A DNA stretch of 64,000 nt from an uncultured Pseudomonadales bacterium. GTDB taxonomy: Bacteria; Patescibacteriota; Microgenomatia; UBA1400; UBA12028. Positions 9,934 to 19,985 of the stretch are shown in pieces. Below the pieces are notes generated by a model. The model did no database searches. It saw only the letters and a program-made list of their open reading frames with translations, and had not been told where the DNA came from. The stretch is taken from assembly GCA_964635905.1 (NCBI GenBank), contig CAZWPK010000002.1, forward strand, positions 77,621 to 141,620, in the 5' to 3' direction. Numbering within the stretch: position 1 is the stretch's first letter; each line of letters begins with the position of its first letter. Both the position numbers and the translations under genes were made by a program.

Positions 9934-10738
9934 TGTCTTTTCGCTCAATTCGACGGGTGATATCTATTCCTAATAAAATGACTGCATATCCACGTAAGAA
10001 AAAGAAAAACTGCACAAGTCGTTTGAGTGAGAATGGTGACGTATAGGCGGTAGCTAACTTATATGCCTCCCACAAATGTTGACTTGCCTTGGATGCACTC
10101 TTCGTTCCTCCATAGTAGCGCATGTTTGAAATAACAGCAGGAATAACCCCAGCTGGATAGCGTTGGGACAATCGTAACCAGTATTCATAATCCATTCCCA
10201 ACTGCAACGACTCATCAAATGACCCGGCTTCCTCATAGACATTGTTGCGAAAAAAACAGCTTGGCTGACCGATCGTACAGTAATCCAACAATTTGTTATA
10301 GGAGAACATCGTAGGATGAATCACGGAATAAATTTTCCCTACTCGGTTGACATAATTCCATCCACCAAATGCCCATTGAATTTGGGGATTTTGCTCAAAG
10401 AAATCTATAACCTTTCGTAGGACATCTGGTTCATAAAAATCATCCGAATTTAAATAGGTCAGAATTTGGCCAGTTGCAAGTGACAAGCCATTATTAATTG
10501 CATTGGTCTGTCCTTTATCTTTTTTAGAAATAAAGGTTGTGGTAATTCCAGCTCGTTTCAATTTTGGTAGGTACTTTTCGACAATCTTTTTCGTATCATC
10601 TTTAGAAACTGAATCTAAAATCAAATATTCTATTTCAAAAGAGTCGCTTACCTGATCCAAGACACTCTGTAAGGTATCTTTGATAAATTCACCCTGGTTA
10701 TAACTTGGAGTAACGATCGATATCCTCATCTTTTTCAT
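9926..10738 (-). CDS. Glycosyltransferase family 2
   Basis: N-terminal ISIVTPSYNQGEFIKDTLQSVLDQ and a DxD region (LNSDDFY). Paralog of the GT2 at 23829..24605. Confidence 0.75.
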   Translation of the reverse strand: MKKMRISIVTPSYNQGEFIKDTLQSVLDQVSDSFEIEYLILDSVSKDDTKKIVEKYLPKLKRAGITTTFISKKDKGQTNAINNGLSLATGQILTYLNSDDFYEPDVLRKVIDFFEQNPQIQWAFGGWNYVNRVGKIYSVIHPTMFSYNKLLDYCTIGQPSCFFRNNVYEEAGSFDESLQLGMDYEYWLRLSQRYPAGVIPAVISNMRYYGGTKSASKASQHLWEAYKLATAYTSPFSLKRLVQFFFFLRGYAVILLGIDITRRIERKDIT

Positions 10739-11613
10739 ATCTTTTTACGTACTTTATTCTTTTTTAACGTCGCCACAAACAGTTGTCCCCAGAAGATAAA
10801 TGGTCTCCCAAAGATTCCGGCAGCAATCCGAAAAGGCAAGCTTGCCAAATAGTATTTAATGGAGGATTGTGGAGTAATTGTTTCCCAAAGACTTGTCGCA
10901 TCTACCAAGCTCAATTCAGGAAAGGCCCGGGATTCGATGACATCGACAAATAACGACAGATCTGGCTCAATTAACGTGTCATGATCTGGGACATGAAAAT
11001 CAGATTGGTCGGCAATGGGTGTTACATGCTTCCAGCCGAATTGTGGCGATAACATGCGTTGATTGCGATGAACAAATGAATTCCAAAGTCGAGAGAAAAC
11101 AGAATCCGTTGCACACGGTGAACGATAGATTGGGGAACCATAATTCGGACAAATAATAATCACAAAACCACCTGGTTTAGTGACTCGGGTCATCTCATTT
11201 AAGATCTCTTGCGGATCAATCACATGTTCAAATGTGAAAAAACTACAGGTGCAGTCAAACGAATTGTCCGCATAGGGAAGGGTGTCGCCGTCTGCTACTT
11301 TAAACTCTCCCGTTGGAAAATTCTTTTTTGCTAACCGTATCGCTAGACTACTAATGTCGACACCAAACAATCGTGTCTTTTTTGAAAGAACTGTCGATAA
11401 GGTTTTTAGCGCCCCTCCATCTCCACAACCAACTTCAAGGATCGATCGCGATTCTTTAAGATAGGGAAGGATTCGTTGATAGTGCGGCCCCTTGAGTAAC
11501 GCTTCATTCCCCCCTTGTGTCTTGTCGTAATAGTCTTTCTTTTTATTCCAGACTTGAGTGACCATTCTTTTCTTTTGTGTTTCTCTTTCTTGTACATTCA
11601 TTGCAACCTCCAT
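10735..11613 (-). CDS. Class I SAM-dependent methyltransferase
   Basis: Motif I ILEVGCGDGGALKTL and motif post-I LFGVDIS. Has a 4-bp start/stop overlap with the downstream GT2. Confidence 0.7.
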   Translation of the reverse strand: MEVAMNVQERETQKKRMVTQVWNKKKDYYDKTQGGNEALLKGPHYQRILPYLKESRSILEVGCGDGGALKTLSTVLSKKTRLFGVDISSLAIRLAKKNFPTGEFKVADGDTLPYADNSFDCTCSFFTFEHVIDPQEILNEMTRVTKPGGFVIIICPNYGSPIYRSPCATDSVFSRLWNSFVHRNQRMLSPQFGWKHVTPIADQSDFHVPDHDTLIEPDLSLFVDVIESRAFPELSLVDATSLWETITPQSSIKYYLASLPFRIAAGIFGRPFIFWGQLFVATLKKNKVRKKI

Positions 11614-12566
11614 AGTGGAAATGCTCCAAACTGGTATGTGTGTCCTAATTCAATCATTTGGCTTTTTTTCCAATGGGCTCTCTTGGAGAATAAGATCTTT
11701 CGCTTACGAAAGGTTTCAAAAAGGAGTGAAACATAATAATCAGGTCTACCGTGCAAAAGAAATTCAAAAATGATTCGGATTTGACCGATTACAATAAAAG
11801 GGATGCTTGTGATTATTTCAAATGTAGATCGCGTCAAAAATAATGTCCATAACAGGTTGCGTGAGTAGTACCACAATGAGCGTGCAGATCTTTTCCCAAA
11901 CGAAGCAGATTGGAGATGCACTGCCTGAAGCTGACTAAATACAACAGTTTTCCACCCTCTTGACTGAAGACGAAGAGATAACTCTACGTCTTCAGCATAG
12001 CTCCAGAACATTTCTTCAAATACAAACCCATCACTACGCTTGAGATACTTCAGTGCTGACCGGCGAAGGAACATACAAGCTCCATTGACACACTGATAGT
12101 GTGATTGATTGTTTGCCTGAAAAGCTAAACCACTTTTGTAGTACAAAATGCCAGTATTTTCAACTCGACGATAGTGTTCATCAAAGTAAAGAGCTGGCTG
12201 GAAGATTGCAATGGACGCATCGTTATTCACCGTCGAAATGCACTCTCGTAATTTTGTTATAAACGTCTGCGTTATGAACACATCGCTATTCATAACGCAA
12301 ATAAAGTCTAAATCAGACTTTAAAAAATCTTCAACTGCTGCGTTACATCCTCCGGCATAACCTCTATTCTCACTTAAACGAAGTAAACGAACGTTATATT
12401 TCTTGGCTATCGAACGGAGAGGAATCGTAGAGGCATTATCAATAAGCACAATAGCATCTCTGGATACTACTTGAGTCAGCGATGCTAAACACGATGACAC
12501 CAGCTCGGGCTTACCAAAGGCAATAACGTAAAATACGCAGCTAGATTTATGATTAGGACTTCGCAT
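11598..12566 (-). CDS. Glycosyltransferase family 2
   Basis: N-terminal VFYVIAFGKPEL ... VLIDNAST and an acidic DxD-type region. 322 aa. Confidence 0.6.
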   Translation of the reverse strand: MRSPNHKSSCVFYVIAFGKPELVSSCLASLTQVVSRDAIVLIDNASTIPLRSIAKKYNVRLLRLSENRGYAGGCNAAVEDFLKSDLDFICVMNSDVFITQTFITKLRECISTVNNDASIAIFQPALYFDEHYRRVENTGILYYKSGLAFQANNQSHYQCVNGACMFLRRSALKYLKRSDGFVFEEMFWSYAEDVELSLRLQSRGWKTVVFSQLQAVHLQSASFGKRSARSLWYYSRNLLWTLFLTRSTFEIITSIPFIVIGQIRIIFEFLLHGRPDYYVSLLFETFRKRKILFSKRAHWKKSQMIELGHTYQFGAFPLWRLQ

Positions 12567-12570
12567 ACTG

Positions 12571-14373
12571 CTAGGGATTAAAATACACGCAAATCACTTT
12601 ATTTGCATCGGCAGTTTGAATACAGTGCAATGCTTTATCCACTTGTTGATCCTCTACTATACCGGCTATGACTTTAACAGGGGTACTACGATCATTTCCA
12701 GGCACGACCTTGATAGCATAGCGCTGTGCGGTATAAATGAAGGGATACACATACCCTTCTCTTCCTGTAAAGGCAACTTTTTTAACCCCGTTATCATGGA
12801 GGTAGATGATCATTTCTAGATAGGCAGATCTCCAATATGGTCGTGACAGAAAGTAATTTGCCTCATTTCTTCCAAAAAGCACTGACTGCGGAGGCGTATA
12901 TCCAGAAGGTATTGCGGACTTAATGGTGGAAAGAATGGGTTGATACGAAATCAGTGGCCGAGAAACGTTAGAAATAAGTACGATAAAGCCTACACCAACA
13001 GTTATGACGGCAATTATTATTGATGTTTTCTTTGAAGGTTTGAGTACACCGATACCCGCTGTGAGAAGAACAAATAGAATGCTTAAGTGTTGGCGAATGT
13101 GATATGGCTGCCAACGTAGCAGGATACAAAAAAGGAAAAAAGAGCAGATGCCAAGGAAAAAAAGAACAAACGTCATCCCTGTCCTCTTCGCTTTATTTCT
13201 ACCGACGAGGGCAAGGATCATTGCGATCAACGCCAGATGTAATGGCGCTGGCGCTATATCTTCCTGAGGTATTGGGATACTTAGATGAGAGAATGTTGAA
13301 TGAAACCACGAAGATTCTGACAAACGTACTGATACTCCAAGGGGTTCAACGATTGTTACCCACAAATCCAGTGACTTTGAGAAACTAAAAAATGGAACGT
13401 GCATCAAAAGATTTCGATAAATGTTTTCCACAGCTCCAGCGACGCTGAGGGTGTCCACCATAAAGGGAATGCTTTCACCATCAATGGTGTAACTTGTCCC
13501 TAAGTATGAATTGAACAGTCGCTTATTTTGACTTAAAAGAGGAAGACAAAGTAGGAGCCCAAAGAGGCCCCCGATGGCAGCTGCCTTCAGCATTTTGAGC
13601 CTGTCGGAAGAATAAACAAAAAAATGCGAACCTACAATGCCTATGGGCATTACGGCATAGATGACCATCGTCGCTTTAGTAAGGTAACCAAGTACTACGG
13701 AAACTGTGCACAAGAACAGCAGCACTGGGTTTCTATCAATTACATATCGAAGTGCAAAAATGATCGACACCAAAACCCAAATGGCAACCAACAAATCACT
13801 TTGGACGCTGCTCGCTTGCAGCGTTGCAATCGGTATACTCAGACTTAGAATCTGGGCTAATTGCGTTTGTCTTGAGGTGTATGCAAGGAGCTTGGCAATC
13901 CGTCCAATGAAAAAGAATATGAGCACATACGAAATCCACTGCGGAAGAAATAGCAACAAATCAGAATTCGTTAGACTATAAAAAAATGCAAGGAGGATAC
14001 TCGGCATCGGCCCCATAAAGTCGTGTGACGTGTGAATGTCGGTTTGAAAGAGGGTGTGGTTTTGCAGCCAGTACAGCGCGCGCGGAATATGATAATTATG
14101 AGCATCTGTCGTGGTAGGAACAGAAATAAACCCTTGAATAAAAGCCAATGTAGAAAAAATGACCAGCACACCCACAGTTCGCGATACTGTTACCGTATGT
14201 CTATTCAAAAACAGCAATGACAAAAGGACAGCGACGATTGCTAATCCAACCATGCGCACTATATCCGGCGTAAACATGGAGAATGCCGATAGTACATATG
14301 ATAGACTTAACAACAGAATTCCGGCTAAAGCTACTACTGTCTCTAGTGGAATAGCGCGAAATCTAGATTGCAT
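12571..14373 (-). CDS. Large polytopic membrane protein, putative GT-C-like glycosyltransferase
   Basis: About 600 aa with many TM helices. I chose the start at the internal Met (MQSRFRAI...) to limit overlap with the upstream gene. There is no specific motif beyond the architecture. Confidence 0.4.
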   Translation of the reverse strand: MQSRFRAIPLETVVALAGILLLSLSYVLSAFSMFTPDIVRMVGLAIVAVLLSLLFLNRHTVTVSRTVGVLVIFSTLAFIQGFISVPTTTDAHNYHIPRALYWLQNHTLFQTDIHTSHDFMGPMPSILLAFFYSLTNSDLLLFLPQWISYVLIFFFIGRIAKLLAYTSRQTQLAQILSLSIPIATLQASSVQSDLLVAIWVLVSIIFALRYVIDRNPVLLFLCTVSVVLGYLTKATMVIYAVMPIGIVGSHFFVYSSDRLKMLKAAAIGGLFGLLLCLPLLSQNKRLFNSYLGTSYTIDGESIPFMVDTLSVAGAVENIYRNLLMHVPFFSFSKSLDLWVTIVEPLGVSVRLSESSWFHSTFSHLSIPIPQEDIAPAPLHLALIAMILALVGRNKAKRTGMTFVLFFLGICSFFLFCILLRWQPYHIRQHLSILFVLLTAGIGVLKPSKKTSIIIAVITVGVGFIVLISNVSRPLISYQPILSTIKSAIPSGYTPPQSVLFGRNEANYFLSRPYWRSAYLEMIIYLHDNGVKKVAFTGREGYVYPFIYTAQRYAIKVVPGNDRSTPVKVIAGIVEDQQVDKALHCIQTADANKVICVYFNP

Positions 14374-15556
14374 AAAGTGAAAGGAGTTTTTCAAGAGACT
14401 CCTGACCGGTCCATAACTTCGGTTGTTCGGCTTTTTGTGAACGGTGAAAGTATTCAACGATCATTTCGGAGTCTTTTTGTTTGTCAAAGCTTAACTGTTC
14501 TACGATGTCAGCAATTGCCTTGGGGTATAAAGCTTTATTACCGACTACCGTAGGACATCGATTTAAACTTGCTTCATAAACAGGATAACCAAATCCTTCA
14601 TAAATGCTTGGGTGAACAAAAACCTTCGCTGTATGATACAAAGCCTTGAGCATTAAAAAACGTACCTTTGGAAAATATAGTACAGAGCGTTGGTCTCGTA
14701 GCATTTCTTTGACTTTAAAATGATCGTTACCATGTTGCCCTACGAGTACTAAGTATGCCGACGGTTCCAATTGATGGATTTTATTCCAGATTTCCAGCAG
14801 ATATGGTATTCGTTTGTGCGGATAGTGTGCGCTTACACATAAGGCAAACCTCTTGCCTTTTAACGCTGAAGGTAACGATTCAAATGGCCCGTTATACACG
14901 TCCGGTGCAATTATTGGGGGCACCACCACTATTTTGGCTTTCGCCCATGGCAGATGTTCGCTTAATCGTTTTTTTGAAAACTCGCTATCGGTGACGATTG
15001 TTTTACTCTTGAGACAAGCCAGTGTGACCAATACATGGGTGATGATCCCAGAAAGAAATGAAAAATCTTCAGGATGATCCAGCCAATTCGCGTCATGAAC
15101 AGTCACGATTGATTCGGCTTTCAGAAAAATTGGAGCAGTATAGCCAAATGAATGGAGCAGAATGCAGTTTTCCGTTGCAACCTGAAACGGCAGAATGCAC
15201 TGCTCATAGAGTAGGCGTAGAATTCGGTTGCTCGCTCTCACTTTACACACAACTTTGGTTACCGATGATTGTGAGAATTCAAATGTCGAAGCATTTTCTT
15301 CGTTACAAAAAAGAACATACGTATTGGTCGAATCTCTACTCAATTGATTAATGAAGTTACGGGTGAGGTATTCTGTACCACCAACCTGGTTTGGAACTAA
15401 AAATAAAAGGTTTATACCAATTCTTGCCATATGCGCAAATACTAGATCATTGACAGTGTACCTTGAGCAAAGGAAACTCACAATACTTCTGGTTAGCATG
15501 ATATATTCTAAAGATTCAGCTATGCTTACCTCAAAAATAACGGCATGTTTAGTCAT
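14363..15556 (-). CDS. Glycosyltransferase family 4
   Basis: VHPSIYEGFGYPVYEASLNRCPTVV is a classic GT4 E-x7-E motif. Confidence 0.7.
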   Translation of the reverse strand: MTKHAVIFEVSIAESLEYIMLTRSIVSFLCSRYTVNDLVFAHMARIGINLLFLVPNQVGGTEYLTRNFINQLSRDSTNTYVLFCNEENASTFEFSQSSVTKVVCKVRASNRILRLLYEQCILPFQVATENCILLHSFGYTAPIFLKAESIVTVHDANWLDHPEDFSFLSGIITHVLVTLACLKSKTIVTDSEFSKKRLSEHLPWAKAKIVVVPPIIAPDVYNGPFESLPSALKGKRFALCVSAHYPHKRIPYLLEIWNKIHQLEPSAYLVLVGQHGNDHFKVKEMLRDQRSVLYFPKVRFLMLKALYHTAKVFVHPSIYEGFGYPVYEASLNRCPTVVGNKALYPKAIADIVEQLSFDKQKDSEMIVEYFHRSQKAEQPKLWTGQESLEKLLSLYAI

Positions 15557-16340
15557 TCACAACGAAGAAGAGGTTCTCGAGCGATGTTTACAAAGTGTGG
15601 TGAAGCTTACGAAGAATATCTTAGTTCTTCATGATGGACCATGCTCCGATTCCTCCCTTCTAATCTGTCAAAGATTTGGTTGCACAATATTTAGTAAAGA
15701 GTTTATCGGTGAAGCGGAACCGCACCGAGCCTGGTTGATGCAAAAAGTAGAGACCGATTTTTGTCTGCAGATTGATGCCGATGAGTTTCTTTCAAAAGAA
15801 TTACTGCAATACCTATCAACTCCAAAGAATCTTCATAGCAGTGCGTATACGGCTATCTGGCCGTACTGGAATGGAGAAAGATATACAACCCATGGCTGGC
15901 CAAGAAAGCTATTTCTGTACAACATAAACGACATTTGTTTTTTGGGTGCACCCCATGAAGCGGTTCGTGTATCGGGAACGACGGAAAATCTTCCCTTCAT
16001 CCTAGAGCATCGACCAAATTACGATAATCTTAGTCTCCACACATTCTGGAGAAAATGGCGTAAATGGGCATCTATTCATGCGGGTTATTATTTGAAGAAA
16101 CCGACACAAATCCAACAGTACCCAAAATCAAGTAAACATCTTGCGTTGCACTATCACCAATGGATGTCTTTTTCGCCGTTAAGCTCCATCCCATTGGGGG
16201 TGTACCACACCCTTGCGTGTTTAGCGTCTGGTGGTCTGACTCAAGGATATATCGGGATCAAGAGTTGTGTTTTTATGGGCGTATACTATTCTCTAGTATC
16301 TCTTAACGTAGCCAGAGAGAAGTATGCAAAGAATGATTGA
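15519..16340 (+). CDS. Glycosyltransferase family 2-like
   Basis: I prefer the start at MLTSKITACLVIHNEEEVLERCLQSV (GT2 N-terminal signature), with a downstream DADE (DxD). The track ORF extends upstream to 15351, but that stretch overlaps the antisense GT4. Confidence 0.5.
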   Translation, partial: AMLTSKITACLVIHNEEEVLERCLQSVVKLTKNILVLHDGPCSDSSLLICQRFGCTIFSKEFIGEAEPHRAWLMQKVETDFCLQIDADEFLSKELLQYLSTPKNLHSSAYTAIWPYWNGERYTTHGWPRKLFLYNINDICFLGAPHEAVRVSGTTENLPFILEHRPNYDNLSLHTFWRKWRKWASIHAGYYLKKPTQIQQYPKSSKHLALHYHQWMSFSPLSSIPLGVYHTLACLASGGLTQGYIGIKSCVFMGVYYSLVSLNVAREKYAKND

Positions 16341-16875
16341 ATTATTTCTACACATAATCCGCTTTTGCATTCATCGCTATTGTTATTCGTATGCAAGCTT
16401 TGGAAAGAAGATTGCAATTGATGGAAATGTTGTGGTTCGACATTCCTCAGCTATAGCAATTGGAGATGCTGTGCATTTGCAAAATGGAGTCTGGCTAAAT
16501 GCAATTTCCCCCCAGTCAAAACCTTCAATTGAAATTCAAAACGGCTGTGATATCGGACGCTTCTGTTTTATTTCTGCAGTTTCTAGTGTGATTTTGGAAC
16601 AGGACGTTTTACTTTCACCAAATGTGATTATTTCTGACCATTCCCATGAGATTACTATCCTGGATCGATCCATCCTACGGTCTGGTATTACGTCCAGTAA
16701 ACCTGTTCGCCTTAAAAAAGGCTGCTGGGTAGGAGCGAACTCAGTCATTTTGCCTGGAGTAACAATTGGTGAGCATGCAGTTATCGGAGCAAATAGTGTG
16801 GTACGAAAGTCTGTCCCGGATTTTTGTGTCGCAGTTGGCTCGCCTGCCAAAATCGTTAAGAATCTTTCCGATTAG
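16324..16875 (+). CDS. Hexapeptide-repeat (left-handed beta-helix) sugar O-acetyltransferase
   Basis: Tandem [LIV]-G-x4 hexapeptides (CWVGANSVILPGVTIGEHAVIGANSVVRKSV). 183 aa. Confidence 0.75.
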   Translation: MQRMIELFLHIIRFCIHRYCYSYASFGKKIAIDGNVVVRHSSAIAIGDAVHLQNGVWLNAISPQSKPSIEIQNGCDIGRFCFISAVSSVILEQDVLLSPNVIISDHSHEITILDRSILRSGITSSKPVRLKKGCWVGANSVILPGVTIGEHAVIGANSVVRKSVPDFCVAVGSPAKIVKNLSD

Positions 16876-19036
16876 ACCGTTTAACCGGCTTCCTTGCGAT
16901 GCAGGAAACGGCAGAACCCCGATGCAACACCATTTCTAAACTAGAAAGAGGAAATTCAATTGCGTAAAACACCAGTCTTTTTTGATCGTGCAACAAACAG
17001 CGAATCAACTCATTTTTCAAACTTGAGAAATCATAAAGAGCTGCATATGTCCGACAGGACAACAAATGGAAGCCAGTGTCTTTAAGCAAATACGATAATG
17101 ATTTGGGAGAAAATTGAGAAAAATGTTCCTCTGGATATAAATATCTCCAATTTTTACCAGAAAGTGCCCCTTCAATCGATGTAAAATTTGGGCTTTCGAT
17201 AAAAACAACCCCACCCGGTTTTAAATAGTTAAAAATGTCTTTGCACCCTTTTCTAGGATCTTTAAGATGTTCCATTACATGGTTTAGAATCACAACATCA
17301 TAGTTGCCTGCCGATGGTAACCGATCACCGAGATATCCTTTGTACACTTTCAACCCTCGCTTTTTGCACAACTTGACCGCATCGGCAGACGGTTCTAATC
17401 CTTCTGCAGAAAATCCGTGTGTTTTGAGTGCATTTAAAAAGAATCCGAGTGAACACCCGACATCAAGGGCTCGTCCTGAATTTTGATACTTTCGAATATC
17501 TTGCACTCTTCTCGAAAATACATTCTCCAAGTAGACGCGCCATTTCTCGTATTTTTCTACATGCTGATAATCTTCATACGGCTTTTCAAGAACAGATGTA
17601 GAAAAGACGTGGCCACAGTTTGAACATGAAAAATAGCGAATAGTTTTGGCTACAAATTTTTGGGTTGTTACGGGTTTTAAACAGACAATGCATTTAGTCT
17701 TGGTCATATGTTGTTTTTTATTATCCACCAATGCCAGTACGGAATAGATAAATACTGGAAAGGCGAAAAGAAGTAAACGTTGGAAAGAATCTACAATCTC
17801 TTTCCAATAGGTATTGTTAGCAAACAAATAGGTACCAGCCACAATCGCCCCGACGCACGCGAAAGTGGTAATCGTCGCTACAATTCGATGATACGTACGT
17901 CGTTGCCTGAGGATGAGAAAAATGATGATCACGATCCAACCACCCCAAATAGGAGTTGCATATCGAGCTACGTGCTCAAGCACTTCCAGCCAACGGTGGA
18001 AATCCAGAAACGACTGAATGGAAGAGAGCATGTTTCCTCCCTGCTCATAGGTAGCCAGTTCTATAGAATTTTGAGGAAGGACTTGCTTGAGGATGGAATG
18101 GACATAATTATTCCATCCTCTCCAGACGATAATGATGGGAAGTAGCCACAGGGAAACTTTCCACTGCCGAAGGGTAATGCATCCATAGAGTAAGAGCAGC
18201 CCAGCAATTATCCAAAATGGCTCGCTTTGACGAACCCACAGTGAACCGGCGATAAGTAAGGATCCGAGCTGTGCCATCTCAACTTTTTTCGAAAAAATCC
18301 AGGAAAGCAAACAACATATTCCCAGTCCCCAATAGACCATGTAGGGGAAATTGGAATAGGCAATCATGGTGTGCGCAAACAACATAGGTACTGTCAGCAG
18401 CGCTAGTGAGCCAAAAAATGCAGGTAGTCTGCCTAACGTTGATGAAATAAGACTAAAAAAGGTCAAAACGAGTGACACTGCTAGTAGCGAAAATATTCCC
18501 ATTCCATTCCAAGCTCCCAACAGATATTGCATTGCGAGAAGCACAGAGGTATACCACGGGTAACTTAGTAAATAGATATCTTGAATGGATGAGAAAAGAG
18601 GCCGGATTGAACCCACCATTAAGAGTAATCGAGCCCGAAAGTCATACAACGTTATCGCGTCCCAATCCGTATGTGGCCAGAACGCATTCATTAGTATCAC
18701 ATAGCAAAGAATGGAAGTGATTAGGATAAACAACGATTGTTCAGTTCTATTTCGAGGCAAAAAAGAATGAACCATCGCTGATATCTCTATCCAATACCCT
18801 TTTGAAGTCCACGCATAGAGAGCCGACGGCACCAGCACTGAAAGTATCAATCCCAGTGACCGATAGATATCTAAGCCAAAAACTAGAGCAACAAAAAACA
18901 AAAGTGTAGCGACGAACGATCCAATCAAGTAGGCAGAAGCGCATCGAACAGATGAGGCAGGTATCCGTAGTAACGCAACAAGAACATACCCAAACCCATG
19001 TAACGACAGTAGAAAAAGCATTGAAAGAAATGTCAT
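16856..19036 (-). CDS. Fusion protein: N-terminal polytopic membrane (GT-C-like) domain + zinc-ribbon + class I SAM methyltransferase domain
   Basis: 726-aa continuous ORF. Residues 1 to about 440 form multiple TM helices. Then comes CIVC-x18-CSNC (CxxC...CxxC). Then MTase motif I (ALDVGCSLGFFLNAL), post-I (GLEPS) and motif II (YDVVILNHVMEHLKDP). Confidence 0.6.
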   Translation of the reverse strand: MTFLSMLFLLSLHGFGYVLVALLRIPASSVRCASAYLIGSFVATLLFFVALVFGLDIYRSLGLILSVLVPSALYAWTSKGYWIEISAMVHSFLPRNRTEQSLFILITSILCYVILMNAFWPHTDWDAITLYDFRARLLLMVGSIRPLFSSIQDIYLLSYPWYTSVLLAMQYLLGAWNGMGIFSLLAVSLVLTFFSLISSTLGRLPAFFGSLALLTVPMLFAHTMIAYSNFPYMVYWGLGICCLLSWIFSKKVEMAQLGSLLIAGSLWVRQSEPFWIIAGLLLLYGCITLRQWKVSLWLLPIIIVWRGWNNYVHSILKQVLPQNSIELATYEQGGNMLSSIQSFLDFHRWLEVLEHVARYATPIWGGWIVIIIFLILRQRRTYHRIVATITTFACVGAIVAGTYLFANNTYWKEIVDSFQRLLLFAFPVFIYSVLALVDNKKQHMTKTKCIVCLKPVTTQKFVAKTIRYFSCSNCGHVFSTSVLEKPYEDYQHVEKYEKWRVYLENVFSRRVQDIRKYQNSGRALDVGCSLGFFLNALKTHGFSAEGLEPSADAVKLCKKRGLKVYKGYLGDRLPSAGNYDVVILNHVMEHLKDPRKGCKDIFNYLKPGGVVFIESPNFTSIEGALSGKNWRYLYPEEHFSQFSPKSLSYLLKDTGFHLLSCRTYAALYDFSSLKNELIRCLLHDQKRLVFYAIEFPLSSLEMVLHRGSAVSCIARKPVKRSNRKDS

Positions 19037-19968
19037 TGATACTCTCTTTTTAAATGAATCACACCATAAAAACTGGCATAAGCTTCTGGATTGTAATCAC
19101 TATTCTCTACTCTCCATGATTGTAAAGTAAATGGATTATAGAGATCCATCCAAGCAATTTTCTCTTTAGGAATTACAATTTTTGGCCAGCCGAAATCACC
19201 TTGATCAGTTTCACCCCTTGCAATCACTAGATGCGTAATTGAATTGGGGATACCTTGTAGATCACTTTGAAGCATCTCCACATGTCGTGGGGACAAGAAA
19301 TAGAGAACATAGTAGATATTACCAGATTTAATCCAAGGTTCTCCTTGTGGAGGAATTCCCACCGTTACCTCACTGGAATTCGGGATCACTTTACTCCAAA
19401 ACGCACCGACCCTGTAAAACCATAAAGACTCACCCACTCCATACTTTCGTACTGCATATCTCTGATGAGGTTCAAGACTACGATACTCAAGCGTGTACAA
19501 GCCTTGCGAGAGCATCTGAGACCCCACAATTAGGAGTTGTGAAATCACCAGACCAATGAGGATTAGCATCAGAAATGATCGTTGTTTAAAAAGAAGTTGT
19601 GCCTGCACGGATGACATGAGATTTCTCCAACGATCAACTCCTGGGAACACAACGACTAAGAACAGAAGGACAAAAAACCAGTATGGTAAGGTGAAAAATC
19701 GATACAGCTTAAACTCCAGATAATAGGGACTCATTCGGATCTGTGGGAAAATGGACTGAAGACTAAACGCAAAAAGTAGACCAACGGACAGCAAACTTGA
19801 ATAGAGAAGGAGCCGAGATGAAATTTTCGCGTTGACCACCCCAATGAGTAGCAGCACCACTAAAACCGAAAGCAAAATAGAATCGACACGTGGAATGAAA
19901 AGAGCGCAAAAGCATACTGCAGCCAGCAGTGCTCCAGTTACAAATCTCCATATCCAATGAGAAAGCAT
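19033..19968 (-). CDS. Membrane protein with C-terminal extracytoplasmic domain, unknown function
   Basis: 311 aa. N-terminal half has 4 to 5 TM helices and the C-terminal about 150 aa is hydrophilic. Start ATGA overlaps the stop of the upstream gene. Confidence 0.4.
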   Translation of the reverse strand: MLSHWIWRFVTGALLAAVCFCALFIPRVDSILLSVLVVLLLIGVVNAKISSRLLLYSSLLSVGLLFAFSLQSIFPQIRMSPYYLEFKLYRFFTLPYWFFVLLFLVVVFPGVDRWRNLMSSVQAQLLFKQRSFLMLILIGLVISQLLIVGSQMLSQGLYTLEYRSLEPHQRYAVRKYGVGESLWFYRVGAFWSKVIPNSSEVTVGIPPQGEPWIKSGNIYYVLYFLSPRHVEMLQSDLQGIPNSITHLVIARGETDQGDFGWPKIVIPKEKIAWMDLYNPFTLQSWRVENSDYNPEAYASFYGVIHLKREYQ

Positions 19969-19985
19969 ACGATATACTTAGTCCC

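Noticed and set aside
16856-19036. Possibility that the 726-aa fusion is an assembly or frameshift artefact joining two genes
   Set aside because: The reading frame is continuous with no stop. The linker region (MTKTKCIVCLK...) reads as normal coding sequence. This cannot be ruled out without reads, so it is kept as a finding with a resequencing check.
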